From Welwitschia mirabilis (taxonomy: Eukaryota), in contig JBOZIK010000001.1 in the NCBI GenBank assembly GCA_051453625.1, positions 17,946,294 through 18,005,645 on the forward strand: a stretch of 59,352 bases of DNA, in the 5' to 3' direction. Every line of letters starts with the position of its first letter. The stretch's first letter is position 1. The position numbers were made by a program, and so were the translations under genes. The notes below the pieces were generated by a model that was given only the letters and a program-made list of their open reading frames with translations, was not told the origin of the DNA and made no database searches. Positions 39,343 to 53,010 of this stretch are shown here, piece after piece.

Positions 39343-42300
39343 NNNNNNNNNNNNNNNNNNNNNNNNNNNNNNNNNNNNNNNNNNNNNNNNNNNNNNNNNN
39401 NNNNNNNNNNNNNNNNNNNNNNNNNNNNNNNNNNNNNNNNNNNNNNNNNNNNNNNNNNNNNNNNNNNNNNNNNNNNNNNNNNNNNNNNNNNNNNNNNNNN
39501 NNNNNNNNNNNNNNNNNNNNNNNNNNNNNNNNNNNNNNNNNNNNNNNNNNNNNNNNNNNNNNNNNNNNNNNNNNNNNNNNNNNNNNNNNNNNNNNNNNNN
39601 NNNNNNNNNNNNNNNNNNNNNNNNNNNNNNNNNNNNNNNNNNNNNNNNNNNNNNNNNNNNNNNNNNNNNNNNNNNNNNNNNNNNNNNNNNNNNNNNNNNN
39701 NNNNNNNNNNNNNNNNNNNNNNNNNNNNNNNNNNNNNNNNNNNNNNNNNNNNNNNNNNNNNNNNNNNNNNNNNNNNNNNNNNNNNNNNNNNNNNNNNNNN
39801 NNNNNNNNNNNNNNNNNNNNNNNNNNNNNNNNNNNNNNNNNNNNNNNNNNNNNNNNNNNGTAGAAGGTTGAAAATTAATGTATATTATAGAAATGAATAT
39901 GAATGAATAATAGATAAGGCTACTAAAGCTAGTACATAGAGAAGATAAATTTGGAAGAGAAGAAATGAGAGAGAAATATGGCTAGAAATTCCTTTCAAAG
40001 AAAAATAAAGCATAAAAATGGAATAACTAAGTTTGAAAGAATGTACTTATCTTAAATACGACTTGAATGTTTACTTTAAAATTTGGAAGGGGAGGTGGAT
40101 TTTACATAGAGTAACTTAGATCAATTTCAAGTGAGGTAGGTGTGAAAATGCTTGATTTTCATCATGGGTTTCTTATTTGCAAAAAGTGAATAATTGCATG
40201 GTGTTACATGTCAAATTACACTAAAAAATGGCATTATAGTGTCTTAGGTAGTTACACTAGTAACCAACCAAAAAAAAAAAAAAAAGGAAAAAAATCCAAA
40301 ATTACAACTTAGCTTAATTACCTTACTCAAGGCTAAAATTACGTGAAAACATCACATTTGATTAAAAAATGCAAATGCAAATTTCTGATGTACTGATTTC
40401 CTAACAAAATATGATATGNNNNNNNNNNNNNNNNNNNNNNNNNNNNNNNNNNNNNNNNNNNNNNNNNNNNNNNNNNNNNNNNNNNNNNNNNNNNNNNNNN
40501 NNNNNNNNNNNNNNNNNNNNNNNNNNNNNNNNNNNNNNNNNNNNNNNNNNNNNNNNNNNNNNNNNNNNNNNNNNNNNNNNNNNNNNNNNNNNNNNNNNNN
40601 NNNNNNNNNNNNNNNNNNNNNNNNNNNNNNNNNNNNNNNNNNNNNNNNNNNNNNNNNNNNNNNNNNNNNNNNNNNNNNNNNNNNNNNNNNNNNNNNNNNN
40701 NNNNNNNNNNNNNNNNNNNNNNNNNNNNNNNNNNNNNNNNNNNNNNNNNNNNNNNNNNNNNNNNNNNNNNNNNNNNNNNACTGATGTCCTAACACAATAT
40801 GATATGCTTTGATGTTATGCATCTAGTGTTAAAATGAGTTATAATTGTAACATCAGCAAGTGAATGAAACATGCTAATTAAAAAAGGACTATGAATCATC
40901 TTAGAACTCAATAGGTTAAATTAGTCTTTTATGCTTGGCATGTCCAATTATATCATTTGGCACTCATCAAATTTCTAATTTTCTTATCTCTTGAAAAGTA
41001 CAAGCATACCTCAAAATGTAGTATGATAATTCTAAAATGATTTAAAAAAATAATTATTAATATCTTATTTTATCAAACTTTAACCACCAATATAAAGCAA
41101 TCCTTTGGCAACGAAAAGGGTTTATGATGGATAGAATGAAGTGAAAGATTATGCTTGAAGTTATAGTTTGATTAGTCCATAATTTCATTCTTAACAAAGA
41201 CTTTAGTATCGATAAAAAATAGAGGATTAGATTTGTAAATGATGAATCAAATCCTATGAAAATGAAAATAGTTAAAACAATCAAACTAAATAAGATGCAT
41301 CACATAGCATATGGGTATTACATTATGCTAATTTATTTAAGATAATAAAATTAAGTATAAAAGTACTCTCCACAAAACTCCCTATGAAGTAACTCTTTAA
41401 AATTTATTTATTTAATAAAAATGTTAAAAGCACCTTATATGAGGTTTACAACAAAAAGTATGTAAGACTAGTTGAACTTTCTAATCAAACAAAAAAATAG
41501 TTCAAACAAAATTTTAGAAAACCATGTAATAAAACAAACAACTTCAACTAGTAGATTTCTTAAGCATTCTACATCCAACAACCATCAAATGAGAAGTATC
41601 TTTGCACTTAGAACTAAGCTTAATAATGAAAGTACCTAATAATATAATTAACTCTATTCTTGAAAAAATGATTAAGATCCATAGCTTACTGCTTAAAGAG
41701 ATAAAATTAAACAAAAGAGCAAGATTACTAATGTAGGTATTCAAAGTTGACCATAATGAGTCTGATGCCTCAAATTCAAAAACATGTACTATAAGAGCAT
41801 AAGGGGAAATGAATAAGAAAGATATTTTAATTGTTAAAAGTAAATTTTCAACATCTTTTGATAAGGGTTGAAATTAAAATCTATCCATATTTTAGATATG
41901 ATTGGCACAAAGAGTTATGATAATTGACCACACATTTTTAGAGGATGACATTTCTAAAACTTTCAATCAATTCTATCCTCCTATAAAACTTTGACAAATA
42001 TCTATTAACTTTGAAAAGGAATGGATCTAACTAGTAGCTCTTCAAAATGCTTCATACTTTTTCATTAAAATAAAATTTTTCAATGTCCAATAGCTCATGA
42101 CAAGGAGGACTGACATTGAGAAAAATCATCTCTAAATCCCTAACTTGTGATTACATAAAATCTTTTAGTAACATAAATTTGAACTTTAAAATAAATCACT
42201 TGAGACCTCTTTCTATTTTAAAGTGGTAATACTTTTATCTTGTTAAAGTTGGATTTAAATTATCACAAGTAACTCATTCCAAGCTTTTTTCTTTACATTA

Positions 42301-45300
42301 TTACTTTGTCTTGGAATTATAAATGTCTAGTTATTAGCATGTTGGAAAGGGAAGTGATGATAATAAATCATCTTACTATCCTAATTTTGCACCTTATCCA
42401 AAGTTATCCTTACATTCTTATTGTTATTTACATTATGTCATACTATTTCTTCTTTTTCATAACACTAGTATTAATTGTTATCTAATAAAGCACTCTAGAA
42501 TAATACATCTTTGGTAACTAGATTATCTTTAAACAATTGAATTGAAAAAATAATAATTAGGGGTTTAACCATTATTAGCTAAAAAATATCAATTTATTTT
42601 AACATGACTATGAGAAATACTATATCAATATTTAGTTGAATATTCAATTTTATTAATACAACAATGATTATAGTATTTTTTTAATGTTATAAAAATTAAT
42701 TTTTATAATGATTTAAAAACCAACTTCTAACTCCTAAATATGGATGGCAGAAATAATCCTAGAACCTTTAATAAATAAAAGGCCATTAATACATCTTCTT
42801 CATAATTTTAACCCATGAATTAGTAATGATATGAAATTGCTAAATAATATTTTAAATAAAGGATAGATTAAAACTTGAAAGATGTTTATCCCTAAAACTC
42901 CTTCATATTTTCTCTTATAAAGATCATTAACAGAGATTTTTAGAACTATTAGAATTTCAAATAACTGTTCTCTTTGTTTTTCCAATCAAATTCATAATAA
43001 TATTATGATTATAAAAACATGAAATAAAATATAAGGATAGTGATTAAGGGCAAATCTTAACTAACTACATTCTATCTCCCTGGGATGAGAGTTTTAATTT
43101 CCATCTAGACAATCTATCATAATTTTGGTAGTGGCCATATTTCATATTTATTTATTAAAACATGTAATAGTAATAGGAATCTAAAAATAAGTAGTGTGAT
43201 ATTTTCCTTTCTCAGATTTTAAAATATTAGAAATCTCATGAAAAAGAGTGTTATTAACACCTAAATTGAATATCTTACTTTAATTAATATTCATACATAA
43301 GCTTAAGAAAAGAGAGAAGCGCATAAGACATTGCTTAATATTTTCAACATATTTCTTATTTTCCTTGAGAAAGAATAATTTTTCATATGCAAATTAAACA
43401 TGAGTGTATTACTTATAATCATAAATGAAAATTACTTGATTCATTTAATTTTTTTAAATCATTTATCTAATTTTAGTTCCAACTCATTTCATAGAAAGAA
43501 TGAATAGATAAGGTGATAGAGGATTACCTTATCATAAACTATTTTTAGCTTTAAAAAGTGGTGATATAAGACCATTTACAAGGAGAGAAAAGGTTAAATA
43601 AGTAAATTAAAAATTTATCTTTTTAATCCAATGATAAAGAAATTTAAAATTATTAAGAATAGATTTTATATGTCCTGAATCTACTCTAACATAAGCCTTT
43701 CTTATCTCTAAATTGAAAGCTACATTTCTATCCTCTTATCTACTAATCAAATAGAAATGAAGATATATCAATAAATAATATGTCTTCCCTTAAAAACACT
43801 TGTCTATTCCTACTTTAATAATTTTCGAAATAATAATATTAAGTGTATTTTCCAAAAACCTTGAAATGAATTCATGATAAATAGAGAAAAGACTAATCAT
43901 ATAATACTTCTTAATAGGAAAGGCATTTTCTACCTTTGGAAGTAAGGTAATCTAGGTGAAGTTGAACTTATGAAGAGATTTTGTATGCTAGACATTGTCA
44001 TTATTTAATGACCCAGGTTTAATGTATCAAACCTATCAAAATTGGTATCATGTATGGATAGGGGTCATGAAATTCAACTTTTAATCAAGCACAAAGAAGA
44101 TGTTAATAAGGATAACGACATCTAGTACATGTAAATAAATCTTTCAATGAAAACGTCTACAAGATATTTAATGAGTTTTTAAAATTGTAATTTAAATCTA
44201 ATGTCTTGGTTAGCTTATTATGCTCTAGGGATTTTTTAGAGAAGGTATCTACATTTATTTTGAAGATGTCTACCATACCATCAAATGTCCACAATCTGAA
44301 ATAGATCTTAGATTAGTTAATAAAGCATGATAGAATATGTCTACTAAAATTTAAGACATCTAGTTCATAGAGAATTAGTTCATCCAAATTTTAAATGTCT
44401 TCTCATGTAAAGATGTCTTAATACAGCATAAGCACATTAACATAAGATGTTTATAAATATGAAAGACATCTACAAAAGGTAGATCTTTTAACAAACATTA
44501 ATGATTATTTGTCATCATTCATGAATCATGCTTGGCTTTATATTGAAGACGTATACACATTGTGAAAATGTTTGTAAAGCTAATGAAATCTACAAATTAT
44601 GAAAACATTGAATTTAACTTAAAATATCAAACAAAAATAGCCATTTTATGCCATGAACTTGACTATTTCTACATGCCTCCCTTTTAATGATTTCCTTTGA
44701 AAATTGCCTTATAAAAATTTTATAAGGAACAAAACCCTAAAAAGGTAACAAGTATTCTTTTAAAGAAGATCTTCTATTTTTGACTATAGATAGGGAATAC
44801 TCCTAAAAAGAAAAAAATGATATGAAATAATTTGATTAGGGAATAAGAAAGAATAAAAAATTATTCATCAAATTACTTCTTTCTGTAAATGTCAATATTA
44901 AGTAAGCAAGTAGTATTCCTTCATTTTCCTTTTAGCTTGCTTTTACTATATTCCTATACATTAAGGTGTACATTTGATTTGTGAAGTCTTTTGAAATCTA
45001 CATCCCATTATTTATTCCATTCTTATCTTGAAAGGCTTGGACTATTTTAGGTCCTAGAATTATTCCAAGTTATATGAGTATTTTGTAAGGCACTACAGTG
45101 TATTCTTGAGGGAAGTATCACTTTGTGAGCTTGAACATTAAGAGGTTTAATTAGATGCCTTGTGAAGGAAAACTCAATTTTACTTCAAGCCTTGTAATGT
45201 TAGTAGAGAGTCATAAATCAAAAAATCTTTCTAAATATCAAGATCTAAATATTTGCCTAATTTACCCTCTAAGTGTAAACTACATGATTTGCGAAATCAT

Positions 45301-48300
45301 GTCAACTTGGTAAGAGTAAGAATTCTTATTTGCATGTACCTATTTTATTTTTATCAAGTCAATTTTTTATATAGTTTATATTCATCATTTTATAATGTAC
45401 AGATTTAAAACTAAGTTTACACTTAGTTATCATTCTTCCTCAAGGATAACATAGGTGGTGGTTTAGAATTTATACTACTTAAACTTAGTGCAAGATATAA
45501 AATTTAAGGGGGAAAAGGAGAAAGAGGTGATTTTAGAGTTTAAGTTAAAACTTTGACTTTGAGAGAGAAAGGAAGTAAACTAGCTTCAAGGTATCATCAA
45601 TTTACTCTCAAGTAATCCTTTTCTTTAATGTTGTCTAATGCTTTTCTTACAATACAATTGAAACCATCAAGTGCTTTTACCTAAATCATGGTAGCATTAT
45701 CTCATTTATCGTATGAGTAATGGTGAACTTAATTTCCACTTGATATTTTAGGTCTTAAAGTAATAATAAAAAGTAAGGACTTAGTACTTAAAATCCATAA
45801 AATTAAAAGACTTAGATCAAGTATTAAAAGAGCTTAGTCAACTAAAAAGAGCTCTTAATGTTAAGTTGCTTCCTAAACATTTCAAACATAAAATAACTCA
45901 TGATATGAAATAAAAGATAAAAAACTTACATATTAAAGAAAGAATTCTTTATAAAAAGGAAAGAAAGATGCTGAGGAACTCCTCAAGCAATCCTAAATAT
46001 AGCTCACTCCCTCAAAGAGTTTCTTAAAAAGCCATTGCAATTGACACTCTAAGATTCTACAATTCACACTCCAAGATTCTACAATTCTCTAAATCCAAAG
46101 ATGATACAATGAAGGTGGTTTTATAGCCCTTTTATAAGAAGAGATAGGAATGAGGGGTGGTTACAAGATTTTGACTTATAGCGTTAGATGGATAGTTACA
46201 TAATGATAACATTAAATAGGATGATTTCTCTTTTTTAATAATTGGGAGAGATTCTTATGATGACACTAACACTTAGCTTCAAAGTGCTGCAGCTACTACT
46301 AGTTGCTATCAATGCCATGTATCTCCATTGTCATCCTACTCAGCCTAACGAATTTCACATTGTAAATCCTCATCATTATTGCCATGTGTCATCAAGAATT
46401 CAATTGATTTTTGATGTGGAATTAGATCAAGCCTCTAATTGCATTTAATCCAATTTTCCAAGATAAGCCAAAAATGTAAGCTTGAAGGCATTTTGCATAG
46501 ATTACCCAGTGACACATTTGATATTAGATGGTAGCATTGATGTTTTAGCTTTAATCATCTTCATTTTTAAGCATGTTATTTAGTTGAGCATAATTTACAT
46601 AAAAATGTCATGGCCTATCATAGGAAAATGATAAGTTTTTAATTATTATGAAAATTAATGGAAGACATATTTTCATGATAAAATTAATTATCTTAATGTC
46701 TTCTATTAAGATTAGTTAGTAATTTAACTTTATTATACATGTTAACACATCCCTTATCCAATCTTTAACTAGTGCTTTAGTAAAAAGTTAATAATGAAAT
46801 GGTTAAACATGAAAAGATCTATGTTGAAAGCACTCAAGTGCGTGAATGATATAACTTTTGAAAATCTTATGACTAATTTTCTATGATTAATGCATCAAAA
46901 TAAAAAATTTTATTATTAAAAGTAGATGCCTAACTTCCTAACTGAAACTAGACTTTATCCTTAAAGTTATGTGGTGAAAAAGATTTAAGATATTTAAGAA
47001 CATAAGCCTTAGATGAGATTGTAAAGAGTTATTTTATTGAAACCTATGCAACTAAGCTAAGAGAAATGAAAGAACTAACTATAGTGAAAAGATAAGGGGA
47101 AGAAAAAACTAACCATGGTGAAATAGTACTAAGTGGAAGGTATATTAATAAAAATGGTTTATGCCTCAGAAGTTATTTCTCATGAAAATGGATATGAAAT
47201 GAAGTCAAGTGGTATGAAGTAAATTAGAAATAACAAATGCATTAATGGACTAAACCATAAACTAATGAATAAATGAATGAACTATCTTAAGTTAATGTCC
47301 CTTATTACATTTCTGTATTTTTAGTAAATCACGATATTATTCAAGAAAAGTTTTAACTAATTAAATTATATGAATTCAAGAAACCATTGTAGATCTTAAG
47401 TTAAGAGATAATAACATGAAAGTTGAGAGACAATAGTTCACATAAAACCTCTTATTCCCATATTTTGTTGTTTCTTTATTTTTCATTATTAAATTCACAT
47501 ATGTTCTTGGTTTTAAGCCTTTGAATCACATTGAGCATATAGTATTATAACATTTTCTACCAATAGAGTTAATCATGTTGGTTTATGCCAAAATTAATGT
47601 TGCATTGCTAATGAGAATTTATAGCCCTGATGTAGTTGAACATGTCATAATTATATCATTACAGCTATATTTTTAGTAGGCATCCATATCCCTAGTGCAG
47701 TTAACTAAAACCCAATTAACTAATTATTTTTATATGCATTTGGATAATAATTATATTATTTTCTTTTATTCATCTTCCCATAGTCATTTTTATGCACATT
47801 AGGGGTCATTAACTCATTATCTTAATCAAGATAAATCTTATCTTTATTAAAGGCTTTAAATTTAAGGAATGCATGTGAAGGTAAATTCCTTTTTTTCAAC
47901 CAAGTTTTCCTTAAATCAGAGACCTTAAGTGAATGCATTCTTTAACTAGTACACTTAAAGTAAGTGTACTTTTCATTAAAAATCCATAAGTAAACTTAAT
48001 CTTAACCATTACTTAGGTGATAATGGGATCACTTATTATTAATTTCTAGTTAAGGGTCATTAATTTAGGTTAGTAAATCTTAGCAACTCATAGGTTAGTG
48101 GCTTAGATGGATGATTTATTAGCTTAATGAAATGATTTAAAAATGGGTTAGATGAATGACAAGATTTAAAACAGTGGTGACATGATATGATGATATGAAA
48201 TGTTCATGAGAAAGTAATCCTTAGGTAAAACTTGATTTTTAGGATGACTTATTTTAGAAAACTAAAAAATGTTTTGACTATCAAGTTTAAAATTAGAGAA

Positions 48301-48599
48301 GCAATAATTAAATGATAATGAAAACTAGGAAATATTTGGCTCAGAAGGAGAACATTCAAAGACAGAATTTATATTAAGCCAGTTAGCCTCTTCAGAATCA
48401 TGTAGTAATTTCATTGTGTTAAACATATTTAGGTTAATAGTTATGTTACCAAATGATATATTCATTTGACCATTCAGTAATTAATTAAAGTGTTTGAAGT
48501 TGTAAGGAAAGGTCTTCCTAAGATCATGGGCACTAAATTGTGTTTTTTTTTCATATCCATCTCTAAAATTATGAAGTCTAAGAAAAAAGTAGTTATTAA

Positions 48600-50650
48600 C
48601 TTAAACTGTTACATCCTCAACTATAACTAAAGGTTACTTCATAGAATTGTCTCCTAATTAAAATTGGATTTTAGTGCATTCAAGATCATTTAATCCAAAT
48701 TCCTTGTAAATCTAATGAGGTAAAATATTGACCCTTGCTTTTCTTTCAAATCTAATAAGGCTTGCTTAATATTTTTATATTCAATTGTAATGCCTATCAT
48801 GGGAGAACCTAGATCTTTAAACTTAGGCAAAAATTAGTTTTGAATGATTGTGCTAGTTTGTTAGGCTAAAAAGGCTTTGCTCTTAATACTCATGCATCTT
48901 TTCATAGTGCACATGTTTTTAAGGAATTTTTCATAGAAGGACATCTTTTTAATCACTTCTAAGAGAGGCATTGTGGTATTAAATTATTTAAAAATTTCCA
49001 AGTACTTAAGTTATTATTTTTTGATGTTCTTCTTTCTAAGATGTTGGGGAAAAGGTAAAGGCTCTTTATATATGAGTAAAGATTCTTCTAAGTCTATTAG
49101 CTTTTCTTTATTCAAGGATCGAGGGAAAGGTAAAGGTTATTAGTAAGAAGTTCTGTCTTTCTATTTTACTTTACCTCATCCTTAGATTTACTTAGAGTTA
49201 AATACTAATTAATTTTTATGCCATTTTTAACATGAATTACTTTGTTTCATTCTAAATGGCTTAACCCTTCTTTGACAAACCTAATTTCCTTGGGATTTGG
49301 TTAAGCATTCATTGGGAGTTTTCATGGATTCCTATGGTTTATAATAGAGAAAATCTAGGTTTTAATTTGTTGGACTTATTAGAGGATTTTTGAAATGAAT
49401 TAGATGTTTTACTTAAGTTTTATTAATGAAAAGAAACATTAATTAAGGATTAATTAATAGTTTTGGTTAATTTGGACTTCGTTTTCCATGAATTTATTTA
49501 TGGATAACTTAAAAGGATTGGATGGAGATAGCTTTTGATAGTTATGTTTAAATGGATGGGGTGAGGATGAAGGAAAAGAGTTTCTTGATTAAGTGATTTA
49601 ATTATCTTGCTTCTAAGAAAAATTAGGGTAATTTCTCCACCTGGGGTTATTTATGTTAAAGTATGGATCATTTTTTGTGTGTTGTGATTGGTGCCCTACT
49701 ACATTAACTTGTTTGTTAATAGTGTTTTGAAATAAGGGAATGGAGGGACACTTAGGTATTTAATGGATATCAATGTGGCAAATTAAGCATTTTGGCTTAG
49801 TGACCATTAATGAAGGTGAAGGTGAGGTGGTTAAGGATTCTACTCTTTGTGCTAGATTATTTATCTTGTTGTTAACTTTAAAGTTTTTAAAGACCTTGAA
49901 CACAATTATTGACCTAACAAGGTGGTGAAATATAGATGGTTATATGGGTTTTTCCCAATTATTTATACTCTTAGAAATACTCTCTAGGCATTTCCAAACT
50001 TCATCTAGAGGCATGCTAAGGAGATTTTCTCAACTTATCATCTTAACGAATGGGTAATTATTAGTAGATAACAGATCATAGAAGAAACTTATATATCTAC
50101 CTACCTCAAAATCATGTTGGTAACATTTTAGTAAGAAGTTTTTAAATTTTTTAAAGATCTGGGAAGAAATTTTATGGTCTTTAGGTTGGAAATTCATAAT
50201 TTATTTTCCTAGGGCATTCATCTTATGATTGGGGAAGAATTTAAAGATGAAGGATTTCTTAAGGTTGGATCATGATATAATGGATATAGGCTTAAGGGTG
50301 TAAATTAAGATTTTACCTTTTCTTCAAGGAAAATGGGAATAATGTAATCCTAAAGACATCATATGTGTTTAGGTATTATGAAAGGGTTAATAACATGAAT
50401 TTGAATTCCTTAGGATAAAGATACAGATCTTTGAATTCAAGACCATGGAAATGAGGCAAAAGTTGTATGGTGAAAGGTTTGAATTCTAGCCTTTGATTAA
50501 TGGATGGCAACACTATGCAAGAGGGTGTTCTTAGGCATTCTAGTTGAAGGTAGTTATAGAGAATTTGCTTACTTTGATTAGCTTTCACTGTAGTATCTTG
50601 GCATTTGATCACTTATTATGAAAAATAGTAGGTAATTAATCTATTAATCA
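48600..50650 (-). pseudogene. Athila-like gag and aspartic protease remnant
   Basis: ORF 50376-50612 reads PSCIVLP...EFKPFTIQLLPHFHGL (Athila gag N-terminus). Minus-strand PKFKDLGSP (~48801-48828) and ALLDL...VNIL (~48722-48761). Confidence 0.8.
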
Positions 50651-51316
50651 TCTTCTACTTAGACAAAGGTCCACTAAAGGCATAATAAAAATTAAGTAGA
50701 TTATAGGTTAAAAAGGCTTTAAACAAGTTTGAGATACATTTTCATAGAGCCTATAAGTTAGTTCAATTTCAGGTTTTAACAGAGGGATTGCTCAAGAAAT
50801 TAGAGTGTTCTAGTTGCAAATGTAAGTGGTGTCAGTCAAGGTAGGTGGTAGTACCAGTCAAGTTATAGAAAACTAATTTAGTTTTTACATAGAGGTTTAT
50901 TGATTACATGCAGAATTTTTTGAGTAATAAGGTAATGACAAAACTAAATTGAGACAATGAATGTAAGCCAAAAATAATCAAAATAATAAGATATATTTTA
51001 GATTTTTAAGGTTTTTTTAACACACAATGAATTCATAGAATAGTAGAAACAGAAACACAGAAATACACAACACTTAATAAAAGTTAAAATTTTTTGTTTT
51101 TTAGTTTATGTTTTTTTCTCCTAAAGTAATTTAAAAAATAAGATGTTAAACTTGTAAAATAAAATAAGTTAGTCTTAAAATCAAAAACAAACTTGAAAAT
51201 AAACTGATTAGTTTAGGTTTCACTAGAATGACCAATACCAATCACTAGATAGAAAATTGAAGAAACAAAAGAAAAGCAAAATGGGCTAGTTCAGTATCAC
51301 TAGAGAGGACTAGTAC

Positions 51317-51576
51317 TGTAACACCCTAACTTTAATTACCCTAATTAACCATAATTAATTTTTTTTTCGTTATTAACTATCATGCACAACGGAACCTAGG
51401 ATCANNNNNNNNNNNNNNNNNNNNNNNNNNNNNNNNNNNNNNNNNNNNNNNNNNNNNNNNNNNNNNNNNNNNNNNNNNNNNNNNNNNNNNNNNNNNNNNN
51501 NNNNCATTAATATCAAAATGTTTTACATAGTTTAGAAACCCTATTAATTAAAGCTTACAAAATGTGGGTTATAACA
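51317..51576 (-). mobile_element. Tekay-family LTR (solo LTR or whole element) mostly hidden in a gap, perfect TSD AGTAC
   Basis: TGTAACACCCTAA is the reverse complement of the LTR end at 19054-19066. AAAATGTGGGTTATAACA is the reverse complement of an LTR start like 13235. AGTAC at 51312-51316 and 51577-51581. Confidence 0.85.
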
Positions 51577-53010
51577 AGTACCCACTAATAGAAAAGTAAC
51601 AACTATGTATAAAAACTTGCAAACAAGATAAAGTAGTACTCCTCGGAGCTACTATGCTGCCATTATTCCTAGCAATGGTATCAAAAATTTATTTATTATT
51701 TTATAATGTTTGAATTTAAAACTAAGTTTGCAATTAATTCTCATTCTTCCTTAAGGATAATATGGTAGCGGCTTAGAACTTATACTATTTAAAACTAATG
51801 TAAGTTACAAAATTTAAGAATTTAGAGAAGGAAAAAGAGGTGATTTAGAGTTTAAGTTAAAACTTTAACTTTTAGAGAGAAACGAAGCAAACTAGCTTCA
51901 AGGTATCATCAATTTTCTCTTAAGAATCATTCACTTCAATTTTTTATAATGTATTTCTTGTAATATAGTTAAAAGCATTAAGTGTTTTTGACCCAAATCA
52001 TGATGATACTATATCATTTATAATATGAGTAATAGTAAACTCAATTGCCACCTAATATTTCAAGCCTTAAAGTAATAATGAAAGGTAAGGGTTTAGCACT
52101 TAAAATCCATAAAATTAAATGACTTAAATTAAGTATTAAAAGAGCTAAAGTATTTCAAAATAAGTCTTAATAATTAAATTATTATTTAAACACTTAAAAT
52201 ATAAAATAACACATGATTTAAAATAAAAGGTAAATAACTTATGTATTAAAGATAGAACAATTTACAAAAAACAAAGAAAGATGCTAAAGAAATCCTTAAG
52301 CAATCTTGAAGACTAGCTTACTCCTTTAAAGATTTACTTAGAAAGTGATCATGATTGATGCTCCAATGTTTCACAATTATCTAATACTCATAAGGAGATA
52401 TGGGGATGATGGGTGGATAAAAGTTCTTGGCTTATAGTGTTAGGTTGGTAGTTATATAATGATGATGTTAGATAGAACAATTTATCTTATTTTACAATTG
52501 GAAGAGATTCCTATAACAATTCCAACACTTGGTTTTTGAGTGCTACAACTGCTTCTAACCACTGTTAATATCATGTGTTTCCACCATCATCCTACTTAGC
52601 CTTACTAGATGTTGTAGTATGAATCCTCATCATCACTGCCACATGTCCTCAAGAATAAAATTATTTTCTGATGTGAAATTAGATCAAGCCCATCATTGCA
52701 TTTAATTTAATATATCATGATAAGTCAAACATATGTTTGAAAGCATTTTACAAAGATAAGTTGATGACACTGGTGGTTCTGAATGGTGGTGATGATGTGT
52801 TAGCTCTGAACATCTTCATTTTTAAGCATGTCCTTTAGTTGAGCATAATTTACCTGAAAATGGCATTGGCACATGGTAAGTACTCAATTATTATAAAAAT
52901 CAATAGACGACATGTTTTTATGATAAAATTGATTATATTAATGTCTTATCTTAAGATTAATTGATTATTTGACTTCGCCGTAATGTTAAATTTTACATGT
53001 TAATAGTTTA

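Larger units (their letters stand above)
45379..53005 (-). mobile_element. Non-autonomous Athila-like Gypsy element (gag + protease only) with paired LTRs and perfect TSD GTTTA
   Basis: LTR pair 45379-46747 and 51690-53005. GTTTA at 45374-45378 and 53006-53010. Decayed Athila-type PBS (plus strand TTCCTAGCAATGGTATCA, 51666-51683) and a pyrimidine-rich PPT complement right of 46747. Confidence 0.85.

Noticed and set aside
39231-40822. Long ORFs of 122-210 aa
   Set aside because: They consist of (AG)n repeat and N-gap translation.
32400-43900. AT-rich stretches with faint coding-like or repeat-like texture (e.g. 34400-35350, 36150-36560, 41000-42400)
   Set aside because: Probably decayed TEs, but no family-diagnostic motif could be supported without a database search.
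51674-51687. tRNA-Met PBS for the downstream Copia element
   Set aside because: Better explained as the decayed minus-strand Athila PBS. The Copia leader is at ~45305 once the TSD-bounded insert is removed.
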